Shown piece by piece: positions 19,224 to 30,348 of a stretch of DNA of 64,000 nucleotides. The first letter of the stretch is position 1. Each line of letters starts with the position of its first letter. The position numbers and the translations under genes were made by a program. The notes beneath the pieces are model-generated. The model saw nothing but the letters and a program-made list of their open reading frames with translations. It did no database searches and was not told the origin of the DNA. The DNA lies in the NCBI GenBank assembly GCA_963665975.1, contig OY762508.1, positions 2,267,353-2,331,352 of the forward strand, given 5' to 3'. The stretch is from Rhodothermales bacterium. Its GTDB lineage: Bacteria; Bacteroidota; Rhodothermia; Rhodothermales; Bin80.

Positions 19224-22200
19224 GAGGACCCGGCATCTTCCTCCAGCAAGATCGCCGGCACCTCAGCCTCGCGAATCATGTGATTCAATGCTGGCAGGTC
19301 TGTGTCCAGGATTCTGCGGAGTGCTGCGAGTTCTGCGTCTATTCGCCGCGTTATGTCGTCTCGCACGTCGACAGCCTGTTCGGTGGGCCGGTAATTGCCA
19401 ATGGCCGCGTAGCGCGCGACGCCTGCCAGCTTGTTGTTCAGGCGAATCGGGAAATTGAGCGGGTCCTGACGGCTCTGATTCCTGGTCTGATAGAGAGCTT
19501 CCTCTATCCGGGTGATCTTGTCTACAAGGGCATTGCCAGCCTCCGCAATGGCTGGTTTATCCGTGTGCGCATCCGGGAGCCGGGCAATGATTTCCTTTAC
19601 CTGACCACGCACGGTGCGAATGCGCTTGATTGCCTCGTGGGTTTCGGTGAGCTTGTCTCGAATGCCCAGCAGAAACTCAAATTGCGCTTCAAGATCCTCC
19701 TGCGTGGCAGTAGAACGCGGATCGTTCCTGATCTCGAAGGCTGCATCGATAGAATCGCCACCGGCAACAAGGCGTGCGACATACGTGCCGGGGGCTGCGG
19801 TGGGCCCGCTCACGGAGCCAGCCCACATGATCAGACCATCGAATGAGGCAGCGTCTTCGTACCGCATGTTCCAGGTAAACGAATTCATGCCCGCACGCAA
19901 GCCAATTTCATCGTCTGCGGGCGTGAACGTCTTGACAACATCCCCGTCCGGCTCCAGTATGCGCAGCATGACGGTGTTGCTATCCGGGGCACTCTTGAAA
20001 AAATACCGCACGGTTACGCTCCCGCCCCCTCGGATGCGGTAGGCGGGACTGGCGTCAAAGAGCCAGATATCGCTCGTGACTACGGCGTCTGTCAGTTGGT
20101 GGAGGGGTGTCACGTCGTCCATGACCCAGAAGCTTCGCCCCTGTGTTGCCACAACCAGATCGTCCTCTTTCCATGCCAGATCGGTAATCGGAACGATTGG
20201 CAGATTACGCTGAAAACCCGTCCAGCTTGCGCCATCGTCGAACGAGATATACATCCCCGACTCAGTTCCCGCATATAGAAGTCCGGGACGCTTGGGATCA
20301 GGCTGGATGGCCCGCGTAAAGTGGAGATCGTCGATGCCGGAGGTGATTCTTGTCCACGACTGGCCGTAATCCGTAGTCTTGTACAGGTACGGGCTGAAGT
20401 CGTCCAACTTGTAGCGGGTGCCCGCCATATAGGCGCCGCCTGACTCGAAGGGGCTGGCCACGATGTCATTGATCATCATCCACTCAGGCATGTCCTCCGG
20501 CGTAATGTCCGTCCAGTCCTGACCACCATTGTGCGTGATGTGCACGAGGCCGTCGTCCGAGCCCGTCCAGAGTACGTTCGCGTCGTGGGTGCCTTCGGCA
20601 ACGGTGAATATGGTCGCGTAGTATTCCACGCCCGTATTGTCCTTTGTGATCGGTCCGCCGCTAGGTCCGAGTTTCGAGGAGTCGGCCCGCGTGAGGTCCG
20701 GGCTGATCATCTCCCAGGACTGTCCTTCGGTCGTACTGCGAAACAGGTGGTTGCCGGCGGTATACAGCACATCAGGGTTGTGCTGTGAAAACAGGATGGG
20801 AAAATTCCACTGAAACCGATACTTCATCCCTTCGGCGCCATGCCCCATCGGATTATCGGGATACACGTTGACGGCCCGTCGCACCCCCGTTGTGTGGTCG
20901 ACACGCGTGAGATATCCGCCATACGAGCCGCCGTAGACGATGTCAGGGTTGTCCGGCTTGGGCGCCAGCCATCCACTTTCGCCGCCCGCGGTCGGCTCCC
21001 AGTCGCGCTCGTTGCTCCCGTTGGACGTATGCAAGATGCGGACCGTGGAATTATCCTGCTGTGCGCCCAGAATGCGGTACGGAAAGTGGTTGTCGGTCGT
21101 GACGCGATAGAATTGGGCCGTAGGCTGGTTATAGTACGTGGTCCAGGTCTCGCCTCCGTCCATACTAACCTGTGCACCGCCATCATCGCCGATGATGAGG
21201 TGGTTGCGATCGGCGGGGTCGATCCACAGGTCGTGGTGGTCTCCGTGCGGAGTGGCGATGCTCTCATAGGTCTTGCCGCCGTCTTTGGATCGCCAGAACT
21301 GAACGTTGAGGACATAGACCATATCCGCGCTTTCTACGTCGGCATAGATGCGGGTATAGTACCAGGCCCGTTGCCGTAGATTGCGATCTTTGTTGATACG
21401 TGTCCACGAGGCCCCTCCGTCCTCCGACCGAAATACGCCACCCTCGGCAGCTTCGATTATCACCCACACGCGATCCGGGTTGACAGGAGATATCGTAACA
21501 CCGCTAATGCCGAGAGTGCCACTCGGAAGGCCATTGTCGGTGCCGGTGATCTCGGTCCACGAGTCGCCCCCGTCGGTGGACTTCCAGATTCCGGAGCCGG
21601 CGCCGCCGCTCTCCAGGCTGTAAGGCGTACGAATGACACGCCACGCGCTTGCATACAGAATGCGCGCGTTCGTTGGATCCATCGCCAGGTCCACGAAGCC
21701 TACTTCGTCGTTGATGTAGAGAATCTTCTCCCACGTAAGCCCGCCATCGGTGGTGCGAAAGATTCCTCGTTCTTCGTTGGGTCCGGAAAGGTGTCCGAGC
21801 ACGGCGGCATAGACCAGGTCAGGATTCTTCGGATGAATGCGGATGCGTGGGATGCGGTGGGAGTCCTCCAGCCCGATGGCTTCCCAGGATTTTCCGGCGT
21901 CAAGGGACTTGAACATTCCGTAGCCGTGCGATACGTTGCCTCGGACGGTCTTTTCACCACCACCGGCGTAGATCACGTTCGGATCCCATTCACTGACCGC
22001 CACGGCGCCAATGGAGCCGCCGAAATAGCCGTCCGATATATTCTGCCAGGAATCGCCGCCCGTTTCAGATTTCCACACGCCGCCGCCGGTGCTGCCGAAA
22101 TAGGCCTTCATCGGCTGTCCGGGCACACCGGTGACGGCGGCCGAGCGCCCACCCCGATAGGGGCCAATACTGCGGAAGGTGAGTGCGCTGACTAGCGACG

Positions 22201-22297
22201 TATCATACTGGACGGTCTGAGCAAAAAGATCCGGCGCGCCTGAGATGAGCAGTACCAGGCACGCAACAGTGACGCGGAGTGAGTGGTTCAATGACAT
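19220..22297 (-). CDS. sortilin/VPS10-like BNR (Asp-box) repeat beta-propeller protein, secreted
   Basis: ORF 19220..22357. The signal peptide begins at MSLNHSLRVTVACLVLLISGAPDLFAQ (22297). It has many S-x-D-x-G-x-x-W Asp-box repeats (SLDAGKSW, TTDGGLTW, STDGGDSW, SEDGGASW, SKDGGKTY, SMDGGETW, TTDYGQSW, SFDDGASW). Confidence 0.8.
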   Translation of the reverse strand: MSLNHSLRVTVACLVLLISGAPDLFAQTVQYDTSLVSALTFRSIGPYRGGRSAAVTGVPGQPMKAYFGSTGGGVWKSETGGDSWQNISDGYFGGSIGAVAVSEWDPNVIYAGGGEKTVRGNVSHGYGMFKSLDAGKSWEAIGLEDSHRIPRIRIHPKNPDLVYAAVLGHLSGPNEERGIFRTTDGGLTWEKILYINDEVGFVDLAMDPTNARILYASAWRVIRTPYSLESGGAGSGIWKSTDGGDSWTEITGTDNGLPSGTLGISGVTISPVNPDRVWVIIEAAEGGVFRSEDGGASWTRINKDRNLRQRAWYYTRIYADVESADMVYVLNVQFWRSKDGGKTYESIATPHGDHHDLWIDPADRNHLIIGDDGGAQVSMDGGETWTTYYNQPTAQFYRVTTDNHFPYRILGAQQDNSTVRILHTSNGSNERDWEPTAGGESGWLAPKPDNPDIVYGGSYGGYLTRVDHTTGVRRAVNVYPDNPMGHGAEGMKYRFQWNFPILFSQHNPDVLYTAGNHLFRSTTEGQSWEMISPDLTRADSSKLGPSGGPITKDNTGVEYYATIFTVAEGTHDANVLWTGSDDGLVHITHNGGQDWTDITPEDMPEWMMINDIVASPFESGGAYMAGTRYKLDDFSPYLYKTTDYGQSWTRITSGIDDLHFTRAIQPDPKRPGLLYAGTESGMYISFDDGASWTGFQRNLPIVPITDLAWKEDDLVVATQGRSFWVMDDVTPLHQLTDAVVTSDIWLFDASPAYRIRGGGSVTVRYFFKSAPDSNTVMLRILEPDGDVVKTFTPADDEIGLRAGMNSFTWNMRYEDAASFDGLIMWAGSVSGPTAAPGTYVARLVAGGDSIDAAFEIRNDPRSTATQEDLEAQFEFLLGIRDKLTETHEAIKRIRTVRGQVKEIIARLPDAHTDKPAIAEAGNALVDKITRIEEALYQTRNQSRQDPLNFPIRLNNKLAGVARYAAIGNYRPTEQAVDVRDDITRRIDAELAALRRILDTDLPALNHMIREAEVPAILLEEDAGSS

Positions 22298-22450
22298 ATG
22301 GGAGTCGCAATTGCGTAGGGTGGGGTAAAGAACGATGATACTTAATACCGCACTCATAGGTTACCGTTGCCTTCATTGCCTCCTCGGACTTGCCCAAGCG
22401 CAGGATGGGGTCTATGTTGCCAGACGTCTACGCAAACTTGTATCAAGCAC

Positions 22451-23203
22451 ATGATCGTTCACACGGAAGCCGTCGTGCTGCGCGGCATGGCATTTCGGGA
22501 GTCAAGTCGCATTGTGACACTGTTCACGAAAAAGAAGGGCAAGATATCTGTGCTTGCCAAGGGAGCGCGGCGCATGAAGAGCCAATTCGGGTCTACGCTT
22601 CAGCCCATGTCACACGTCCAGGCGGTGTACTATTACCGGCCTTCCCGCACCTTGCAGGTGCTCAGCGAATGCTCACATGTAAGACCGAATCATCGCATCA
22701 GCAGTAGCATTGAAAAATTGAATGTAGGATTGCGCGTGGTGGAACTCATGCAGGCCCTGCTGCAGGAGGAGGAGCCTGATCCGCAGCTATTTCGTTTGTT
22801 GGTCAATGTTCTCACGCATCTGGACGGGGCAGAGCAGAATGCGGAGCATCTCCTTTATGGATTCCAGATGCATTTGGCGGCGGGTCTTGGGTTTGCTCCG
22901 GATTTTGACAGTGGCCTCGTGGACCGACTGGACGAAGGCGGTGGACTTCTGACACTGGATACAGGGACCATTCTCCCCGCTGGGGTAGAGGCTGCGCCCG
23001 CGCGTCCGGCGTCACGTGCAGCCTTGCAAGCGTTTGCCTTTTTCGCACGGTCGGCATTGGACGCCGTCACGCAGGTGTGCCTGCCTGCCGCCGTGGCTCG
23101 CGAACTGAGCAGTCTGATCGAAGTCTACATGCGCTTCCATGTCGAAGAAGCCTATCCGGTGCGCAGCGAGGCAGTCTTTCGGCAAATGAAGAAGCGGATC
23201 TAG
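22451..23203 (+). CDS. recO: DNA repair protein RecO
   Basis: ORF 22367..23203. The RecO-like N-terminus from ATG 22451 is MIVHTEAVVLRGMAFRESSRIVTLFTKKKGKISVLAKGARRMKSQF. About 250 aa. Confidence 0.85.
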   Translation: MIVHTEAVVLRGMAFRESSRIVTLFTKKKGKISVLAKGARRMKSQFGSTLQPMSHVQAVYYYRPSRTLQVLSECSHVRPNHRISSSIEKLNVGLRVVELMQALLQEEEPDPQLFRLLVNVLTHLDGAEQNAEHLLYGFQMHLAAGLGFAPDFDSGLVDRLDEGGGLLTLDTGTILPAGVEAAPARPASRAALQAFAFFARSALDAVTQVCLPAAVARELSSLIEVYMRFHVEEAYPVRSEAVFRQMKKRI

Positions 23204-23261
23204 CGCTGGAACGCTGACAGAGCCTTCCTGTTGACATGGTCGCCGCGACTGCGCGGAACTT

Positions 23262-25316
23262 GTGACTGAAGCTTCCTATATGGCCGATCACCCTGCAATC
23301 AAGCAACTCGTCGGCATAGATGTTGGCGGGACGTTCACCGATTTTGTTTTTCTGGCGGGTGACCGGCTGGAAGTATTGAAGGTGGCCACTACCCCAGAGG
23401 ATCAGAGTCGGGCAATAGTGGCGGGTCTCCGCACCCTGGACGTGGCGGACACGGCCACGGTAGTGCATGGGACGACGACGGCGACCAATGCGCTCCTGGA
23501 GCGTCGGGGGGCCCGGACCGCGCTGCTTGCTACACGAGGTTTTGCGGACACGCTTGCCATTGGTCGACAGGACCGCCCTGAACTCTACAGCCTTTCGCAA
23601 CAACGCGCTCCGACTCTTGTGCCAAGAAGCCGGCGATTTGAGATTGTCGAACGCCTTGGCGCGGATGGAGCGGTGCTTTCTGCCTTGGACGAGAGCGCCC
23701 TTGCCGCTATCGCCGATACGCTGGAGTCTGATGATGTCGAGAGCCTCGCGGTCGTTTTTCTGTTTTCGTTTCTGAATCCCGAGCATGAGCGCCGCGCAGC
23801 ATCCGTACTCCGCAGCAGATTGCCACAGCTATCGCTCTCGTTGAGCGTCGACATACTCCCGGAATACCGCGAATATGAGCGTACGGCGACGACCGTGATT
23901 AACGCGTATGTCCAGCCCCTTGTCGGCAGCTATCTGAATATGCTCGGGGCGGCGCTCAAACGACGCCGGGTGTGGGTGATGCAGTCCAATGGCGGCACCA
24001 TAGGGATTGCTCAGGCATCTGTCCATGCTGCCCGGCTGGTGCTTAGCGGGCCTGCCGGAGGTGTGGTGGGCGCTTTCGAGTTGGCGCGACGGGCTATGCA
24101 AGTCGACGCGCCTCGCCTGTTGACCTTTGATATGGGTGGTACGAGTACGGATGTCGCGTTGTGCCCGGGAGAGATTCCTCAGACCACCGAGAGCATGGTC
24201 GCGGATCTGCCGCTACGGCTACCCTCCACACAGATCCACACGGTAGGGGCCGGCGGGGGGAGCCTGGCTCGCATGGATGCCGGAGGTATCCTGCGCGTCG
24301 GACCGCAGAGCGCCGGGGCAGATCCAGGTCCCGCATGCTACGGGAAGGGTGGCGAGGATGTGACCGTTACGGATGCCAATCTGGTGCTGGGAAGGCTGGA
24401 TGCACGATATTTTCTTGGAGGCACGGGGTCGAAGGCACTGGACGCCGATGCAGCACACCGAGCACTGGAGCGTCTTGGCGCTGGACTGGGCATGGGGCCG
24501 GAAGAGGCGGCGCTCGGTGTTATTCGCGTGGTCAACGCGTCCATGGAGCGGGCTCTCCGCCGCGTGTCGGTAGAACGCGGCTATGATCCACGCGGTTACG
24601 TGTTGGCGCCGTTTGGTGGCGCAGGGCCCCTACATGCCTGTGATCTCGCAGAGGCGCTCGGCATCCGGCGTATTATGGCGCCACCCCATCCTGGGGTGTT
24701 AAGCGCGCTCGGCCTGTTACTCGCCGATATCGTTTGTGACCGCTCACATACTGTGCTGACACCGCTGGACAGGCTAGTGGAGAACCCCTCCCTGTTGCAT
24801 GCGGAGCTTCAGGCTCTGACAGAAAGCATCAACGCAGTGTTACAGCATGAAGGAGCGGTCCCGGTGATGGAAGCCTTCTTGGATATTCGCTACACGGGGC
24901 AGAGTTACGAATTGGAGATCCCTCTCGCCTTGCCGGCTGTGACCGAGCACATCGCGCAGGTGGCAGAGAAGTTCCATGGATTACACGAGCAGCGATATGG
25001 ATACGCCACGCGGGATCGCGCCCTCGAAGCCGTTACGCTGCGTCTCCGGGGTCGCATACCGGGAGCGCGGCCATCGCTTGCTCCAGAGCCGGCCTCCTCA
25101 TCGCACGTAGCGGAGGCGAGTCTGGGTGCTAAACCCGTCTGTTTCGGTGCGGAAGGCCCGGTAGAAACGGCCTGCTACGACCGCTCGCGCCTGCGGCACG
25201 GCCACTTGTTGCACGGCCCGGCTGTTGTCTACCAGTACGATGCCACGGTGGTTGTCTCCCCAGGGTGGCGCCTCCGGGTAGATGCGTGGCGCAATGCGTG
25301 GATAGAACGGGACTGA
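23262..25316 (+). CDS. hydantoinase/oxoprolinase family protein, A subunit (HyuA-like)
   Basis: 684 aa. It has the N-terminal GIDVGGTFTDFV ATPase motif and FDMGGTSTDV. The start could be 23262 or 23280. Confidence 0.85.
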   Translation: MTEASYMADHPAIKQLVGIDVGGTFTDFVFLAGDRLEVLKVATTPEDQSRAIVAGLRTLDVADTATVVHGTTTATNALLERRGARTALLATRGFADTLAIGRQDRPELYSLSQQRAPTLVPRSRRFEIVERLGADGAVLSALDESALAAIADTLESDDVESLAVVFLFSFLNPEHERRAASVLRSRLPQLSLSLSVDILPEYREYERTATTVINAYVQPLVGSYLNMLGAALKRRRVWVMQSNGGTIGIAQASVHAARLVLSGPAGGVVGAFELARRAMQVDAPRLLTFDMGGTSTDVALCPGEIPQTTESMVADLPLRLPSTQIHTVGAGGGSLARMDAGGILRVGPQSAGADPGPACYGKGGEDVTVTDANLVLGRLDARYFLGGTGSKALDADAAHRALERLGAGLGMGPEEAALGVIRVVNASMERALRRVSVERGYDPRGYVLAPFGGAGPLHACDLAEALGIRRIMAPPHPGVLSALGLLLADIVCDRSHTVLTPLDRLVENPSLLHAELQALTESINAVLQHEGAVPVMEAFLDIRYTGQSYELEIPLALPAVTEHIAQVAEKFHGLHEQRYGYATRDRALEAVTLRLRGRIPGARPSLAPEPASSSHVAEASLGAKPVCFGAEGPVETACYDRSRLRHGHLLHGPAVVYQYDATVVVSPGWRLRVDAWRNAWIERD

Positions 25317-25322
25317 GTCGCC

Positions 25323-26894
25323 ATGTCACACCTGGATCCAATCCTTCTGGAAGTGTACCGCCACCGTTTCGCGGGTGTAGCGGAAGAAATGGGCGTAACG
25401 CTACGGCGTGCCAGTTACTCTCCCAACATCAAGGAGCGACTGGACTTTTCGTGCGCGTTCTTTGACGCAGACGGACGCCTGGCCGCGCAGGCAGCCCATA
25501 TTCCCGTGCACCTGGGCGCCATGCCCGCCAGTGTTGCGGCCGCCCTCACCGGAATTGCCTCGTGGCGACCGGGCGATGTAGTGGCGCTAAACGACCCGTA
25601 TGAAGGTGGCAATCATCTGCCGGATATTACGATGGTGTCGCCCGTCTTTGACGCCACAGAGCAGGACATCGTGTTTTTCGTCGCAAGCCGCGCTCACCAT
25701 GCGGACGTGGGAGGCATGACGCCGGGATCATTGCCGTTGTCCACCGAACTCTACCAGGAGGGGATCATTATTCCACCCGTCAAACTGTATGCGGCAGGTG
25801 TGTTGAATGAGGATCTGCTACGCATTATTCTGCGCAATGTACGTACGCCAGACGAGCGTCGCGGTGACCTGGCCGCCCAGCGGGCCGCGCATGCGGTCGG
25901 GGAGCAGCGCCTGCAGGCGCTTATGGCGCGGCACTCAAAGGAGGAGGTTCTGCGATATGTGTCACACCTTTTGGGCTACAGCGAGCGCCTGATGCGTGCG
26001 GAAATCGCTGCGTGGCCGGATGGCAGATACGCGTACGTGGATGATCTCGAATTGCCAGGTGCAGAGCGAGCCACTATACGTGTCACAGCGGAAATTCGCG
26101 GAGATACCATCACGCTAGATTTTGAGGGCACCGATCCGGCTGTGCATGCCTCCCTCAACACGGTTCCGAGTGTTACCGAGGCTGCATGTTACTATGTTGT
26201 GCTGTGTCTCGCAAAAGAAGACATTCCCGTAAATGGAGGCTGCTTCGCGCCTGTCCATGTGATCGCGCCCCGCGGCAGTCTGATCAACGCGTGCGCGCCA
26301 GCGGCCGTGGCCGGCGGCAATGTCGAAACGTCCCAGCGGATTACGGACGTGGTCCTGGGGGCATTGGCGCAGGCCCTTCCCGATCGGGTTCCGGCTGCCA
26401 GCCAGGGTACGATGAATAACGTGACTATCGGAGGTCTCCTTCAGGACGGCACTCCGTACGCCTACTACGAAACCATCGGTGGAGGAATGGGGGCAGCCCC
26501 GGACATGGATGGCCTGAGCGGTGTCCACGTTCATATGAGTAACACGCTGAACACTCCCATAGAAGCATTGGAATTGGCTTTTCCTTTCCGGATCAGGGAG
26601 TATGCGTTGATTGAAGGAAGTGGCGGCAAGGGCAGGCGGTACGGTGGTGAAGGCATCGCCCGCGAGTATGAAATCCTTCGGGCCGCTACCGTGACCATGC
26701 TCAGTGAGCGCCGAGTGCTGCAGCCGTGGGGGTTGGCGGGCGGGGAGGCCGGGGCAGCGGGACGCAACATTCTCGTTGCCGCGGACGGCAGCGAGGAAGT
26801 GCTCCCAGGAAAGTTCTCGCGCCGCCTGGCCGCGGGAGACCGGCTGCGCATCGAAACTCCGGGCGGTGGCGGGTGGGGCCGCGAAGAGGCGTAG
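25323..26894 (+). CDS. hydantoinase B/oxoprolinase family protein (HyuB-like)
   Basis: 523 aa. It begins 7 nt after the A subunit. Motifs seen: SPNIKERLDFSCAFFD, NDPYEGGNHLPDITM, ETIGGGMGA. Confidence 0.85.
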   Translation: MSHLDPILLEVYRHRFAGVAEEMGVTLRRASYSPNIKERLDFSCAFFDADGRLAAQAAHIPVHLGAMPASVAAALTGIASWRPGDVVALNDPYEGGNHLPDITMVSPVFDATEQDIVFFVASRAHHADVGGMTPGSLPLSTELYQEGIIIPPVKLYAAGVLNEDLLRIILRNVRTPDERRGDLAAQRAAHAVGEQRLQALMARHSKEEVLRYVSHLLGYSERLMRAEIAAWPDGRYAYVDDLELPGAERATIRVTAEIRGDTITLDFEGTDPAVHASLNTVPSVTEAACYYVVLCLAKEDIPVNGGCFAPVHVIAPRGSLINACAPAAVAGGNVETSQRITDVVLGALAQALPDRVPAASQGTMNNVTIGGLLQDGTPYAYYETIGGGMGAAPDMDGLSGVHVHMSNTLNTPIEALELAFPFRIREYALIEGSGGKGRRYGGEGIAREYEILRAATVTMLSERRVLQPWGLAGGEAGAAGRNILVAADGSEEVLPGKFSRRLAAGDRLRIETPGGGGWGREEA

Positions 26895-26907
26895 CCACAG
26901 GATGCAC

Positions 26908-29643
26908 CTACGCTGCAACGGGCTCCGTGCTGAGAAAATCGCGCAGGACCCAGTGCAGGATACCGCCGTGGCGGAAGTATGCGACTTCCACCGGAGTGTC
27001 CAGTCGACACTGCGTCGTAAACCGGATCTCGGAGCCGTCGGCTTTCGTAGCGACGACATCCACTGTCTGTCGGGCTTCGAGCGTGTCGTCGAAGAGTATG
27101 TTGAACGTCTCAGTCCCGTCGAGGCCTAACGTGGCGGCGGTTTCTCCGACTTTGTACTCAAGGGGCAGCACGCCCATGCCGATTAGGTTCGACCGGTGAA
27201 TGCGCTCGAAGCTTTCGACGATCACCGCCTTTACGCCGAGAAGCAGTGTTCCCTTGGCGGCCCAATCTCGGCTGGATCCCATACCGTAGTCTTTGCCTCC
27301 GAGAACTACCAGGGGCACCCCGGCCGTCTGATAGCGCATGGAGGCGTCATAGATGGGCATCACCTCGCCACCATTTGGGAAGTATGGAGTGATGCCTCCT
27401 TCGGAACCGGGCACCAATTGGTTCTTGATGCGGATGTTTGCGAATGTCCCACGCATCATCACTTCGTGGTTGCCGCGCCGCGACCCGAAGGAATTAAACG
27501 CGCGCACCTGTACGCCCCGGCTCTTGAGGTACCCGCCAGCCGGGCTGTCTCCGGGAATCGCCCCCGCGGGCGAAATATGGTCGGTTGTCGTAGAGTCGCC
27601 TGCCTTGACGAGCACACGTGCCCCTCGAATAGGTTTTAGGCCCGACACGTCCCGCGAGAGCCCGATAAAGAAGGGAGGTTCGCGGACGTACGTCGAGTCT
27701 TCTGTCCAGGCATAGTTCGAACCTTGGGGGATTTCGATGGCGTTCCATGTGTCGTTGGAAGTCTCGATGCCCTCGTATTCCTTCAGGAACATGGCGGGTG
27801 TGATAGTCTCTGCAATGGTGGCTTTGATTTCTTCGCTTGAGGGCCAGATGTCCCGGAGAAAGACATCGTTGCCTGCAAGATCCTTTCCCAGTGGTTCATG
27901 CATGAGGTCTATGTTGACCGTTCCGGCAAGCGCATAGGCTACTACAAGCGGCGGCGAGGCCAGATAATTGGCTTGCACGAGGGCGTGGATGCGCCCTTCA
28001 AAGTTCCGATTCCCAGACAATACGCCGGCCACGATCATGTTGCTCTCACGGACCGCGTTGGCGACGGGTTCGGGGAGCGGTCCGGAATTGCCAATACACG
28101 TCGTGCATCCGTAGCCGACGAGATCAAAGCCGAGCTGGTTCAAGTAGGGGAGCAGCCCGGCATCGCGCAGATAGTCGGTTACGACCTTTGATCCTGGCGC
28201 CAGACTGGTCTTGATGGTCGGACGGACAGAGAGACCGCGTTCGACCGCTTTCTTCGCCAGCAGGCCTGCCCCGATCATGACGCTCGGATTGCTCGTGTTG
28301 GTGCAACTGGTGATGGCCGCGATTGCGACGTCGCCGTTTCTTAGGGGTACGATCTGCCCTTTTTTGTCTACGAATGATGCGACATGGTCCAACTCTTCCG
28401 CTTTCCGCCCAAACCCTCTGGGACCCACAGGTCCTGTAAAGGAGGCGTGAAACGATCCCTTGAGCCCTGGCACGGCGATCCGGTCCTGTGGCCTCTTTGG
28501 GCCAGCAATGCTTGGCGCAACTTCGCCGAGATCCAGGTCGAGTACGTCCAGATAGTCCGGCTCCGGAGACTCTTGCGACAGAAACAGGCCTTGTTCCTTG
28601 GTGTAGCGCTCGACCATTTCGACCAGATCGCTACTGCGTCCCGTGCGTTGCAGGAAGCGCAAGGTTTCGTCGTCAATCGGGAAGAATCCCATCGTTGCGC
28701 CATACTCCGGCGCCATGTTGCTGATGGTTGCACGGTCGGGCACGCTCAGCGCGGATACTCCCGGACCGAAGAATTCGACGAAGCGGCCCACGACTCCGTA
28801 GCTGCGAAGGATTTCGGTGACGGTAAGCACGAGGTCGGTGGCCGTCGCCCCTTCGGGGAGGGCGCCATTCAGGCGAAAGCCTACGACTTCCGGCATGAGC
28901 ATATAGATCGGCTGCCCGAGCATGACCGCTTCCGCTTCGATGCCGCCTACGCCCCAGCCCATCACACCAAGGCCGTTGATCATGGTCGTGTGGCTGTCGG
29001 TGCCAACGAGTGAGTCCGGGTAGGCTACCGGCAAGCCATCCTCTTCACGCGTCCATACGCACCGCGCCACGTATTCGAGGTTTACCTGGTGGCAGATGCC
29101 GCTGGCGGGCGGCACCACAAAAAAGTTGTCGAATGCCTGCTGGCCCCAGCGCAGGAATTCGTAGCGTTCTCTGTTGCGACGGAATTCGATTTCCGAGTTG
29201 AGCCGCAGTGCCTCCTGTATGCCATAGTGGTCGACTTGCACGCTGTGGTCGATAATCAGGTGGACGGGCACCCGCGGATTAATGGCGTTTGGATCACCGC
29301 CCTCGCGCGCCATTGCCGACCGCATGGCGGCCAGGTCCACCACGGCGGGCACGCCCGTGAAGTCCTGTAGAAGCACGCGGGCCGGGGAGAAGGGAATTTC
29401 CCTTTGTTCGGGGGCGTCTGCGCGATATTGGGCGAGGCTCTCGACATCCTCCTGCGTAACGGTAAATCCGTCACATCCGCGCAGGAGCGCTTCAAGCATG
29501 ATACGGATGGAGAATGGCAGGCGATCTATGGCGAAACCTTGTTTGGCGAGCCGATCGAGCCGATACAGATACGCGGAGCCGGAACCTGTTTCGAATGTGG
29601 TGCGGGCTCCGAAGGGATCATTCTTTCGCCTGGTGGTATCCAT
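26908..29643 (-). CDS. acnA: aconitate hydratase A
   Basis: 911 aa. Motifs seen: [22 protein letters not shown], Fe-S cluster cysteines in [10 protein letters not shown] and [10 protein letters not shown], and the swivel-domain DHISPAG. Confidence 0.95.
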   Translation of the reverse strand: MDTTRRKNDPFGARTTFETGSGSAYLYRLDRLAKQGFAIDRLPFSIRIMLEALLRGCDGFTVTQEDVESLAQYRADAPEQREIPFSPARVLLQDFTGVPAVVDLAAMRSAMAREGGDPNAINPRVPVHLIIDHSVQVDHYGIQEALRLNSEIEFRRNRERYEFLRWGQQAFDNFFVVPPASGICHQVNLEYVARCVWTREEDGLPVAYPDSLVGTDSHTTMINGLGVMGWGVGGIEAEAVMLGQPIYMLMPEVVGFRLNGALPEGATATDLVLTVTEILRSYGVVGRFVEFFGPGVSALSVPDRATISNMAPEYGATMGFFPIDDETLRFLQRTGRSSDLVEMVERYTKEQGLFLSQESPEPDYLDVLDLDLGEVAPSIAGPKRPQDRIAVPGLKGSFHASFTGPVGPRGFGRKAEELDHVASFVDKKGQIVPLRNGDVAIAAITSCTNTSNPSVMIGAGLLAKKAVERGLSVRPTIKTSLAPGSKVVTDYLRDAGLLPYLNQLGFDLVGYGCTTCIGNSGPLPEPVANAVRESNMIVAGVLSGNRNFEGRIHALVQANYLASPPLVVAYALAGTVNIDLMHEPLGKDLAGNDVFLRDIWPSSEEIKATIAETITPAMFLKEYEGIETSNDTWNAIEIPQGSNYAWTEDSTYVREPPFFIGLSRDVSGLKPIRGARVLVKAGDSTTTDHISPAGAIPGDSPAGGYLKSRGVQVRAFNSFGSRRGNHEVMMRGTFANIRIKNQLVPGSEGGITPYFPNGGEVMPIYDASMRYQTAGVPLVVLGGKDYGMGSSRDWAAKGTLLLGVKAVIVESFERIHRSNLIGMGVLPLEYKVGETAATLGLDGTETFNILFDDTLEARQTVDVVATKADGSEIRFTTQCRLDTPVEVAYFRHGGILHWVLRDFLSTEPVAA

Positions 29644-29790
29644 GATCGCGCAGTAGTTGAAATAGCGTGCGTTGAGTACTGATAATGGTACCCGTTTTAA
29701 GCCGCATTGTTCGTAGGCTCATGACAAGTGCGAAGTGATGGACAGGCGGGACCCTTCCCGCATGTTATGTGGTTGTAGGCTGCAGCACAA

Positions 29791-29863
29791 GGGGCTATAG
29801 CTCAGTTGGTAGAGCGCCTGAATCGCACTCAGGAGGTCAGCGGTTCGACTCCGCTTAGCTCCA
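29791..29863 (+). tRNA. tRNA-Ala (anticodon CGC)
   Basis: Hand-folded cloverleaf GGGGCTA-TA-GCTC-AGTTGGTA-GAGC-G-CCTGA-ATCGCAC-TCAGG-AGGTC-AGCGG-TTCGACT-CCGCT-TAGCTCC-A. It has the G3:U70 alanine identity pair. CCA is not encoded. Confidence 0.9.
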
Positions 29864-30332
29864 CAGGATGGCAGATTTATATTGGGTTGGGGAGTTAGGA
29901 TGATGGTCGCCTCATCGTGCTCCCGCCTGATTCTTAGCACGGGCTTCACGGTAGGTTGAATCGTGCGCGTTCGATATCCGAACTGGCTACCACACTTCTT
30001 AAATTGAGCAGGAAAAGCTAGGGTAGCCAACTAATCCGGCTCTCATTGATCGAGATATCTGGCACGTTCCCGGATGGTACTACCGCCAATCGGGGGTTCG
30101 AACAGCAGGGTTGGCCCAATGATGCCACGTATCCGCGCTGGACATCGGGCAACATCAACGAGAATGTCGAGCACCCAACCATGACACATTGTTGCTGGAA
30201 GGATCGAACTTGGGGTATTTCAAGGATGGGGCATTGCGGCAATTTTCTTATCACAGGTGTCAACGGATTTTCCAGCATGAAGCTACACCGAGGCGTGAAC
30301 ATCATGCAGAGATAGGCTTGGCGTCTAACGTA

Positions 30333-30348
30333 CTCTGATTGATCAGAG
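30333..30348. promoter_or_regulatory. perfect 7-bp inverted repeat CTCTGAT-TG-ATCAGAG upstream of darT (candidate operator)
   Basis: Read directly, about 100 nt upstream of the darT start. It is immediately followed by a second small inverted repeat, CTTCC-N6-GGAAG (30351-30366). Confidence 0.25.

Noticed and set aside
26115-27059. Long antisense or alternative-frame ORFs inside large genes (for example 26115..27059-, 1200..1547-, 11245..11724+, 16065..16853+, 38397..39182-, 47444..48184+, 49611..50153+)
   Set aside because: They are typical shadow ORFs of GC-rich coding DNA. They are Arg/Pro/Ala-rich, have no recognisable motifs, and are fully contained within well-supported genes on the other strand or frame.
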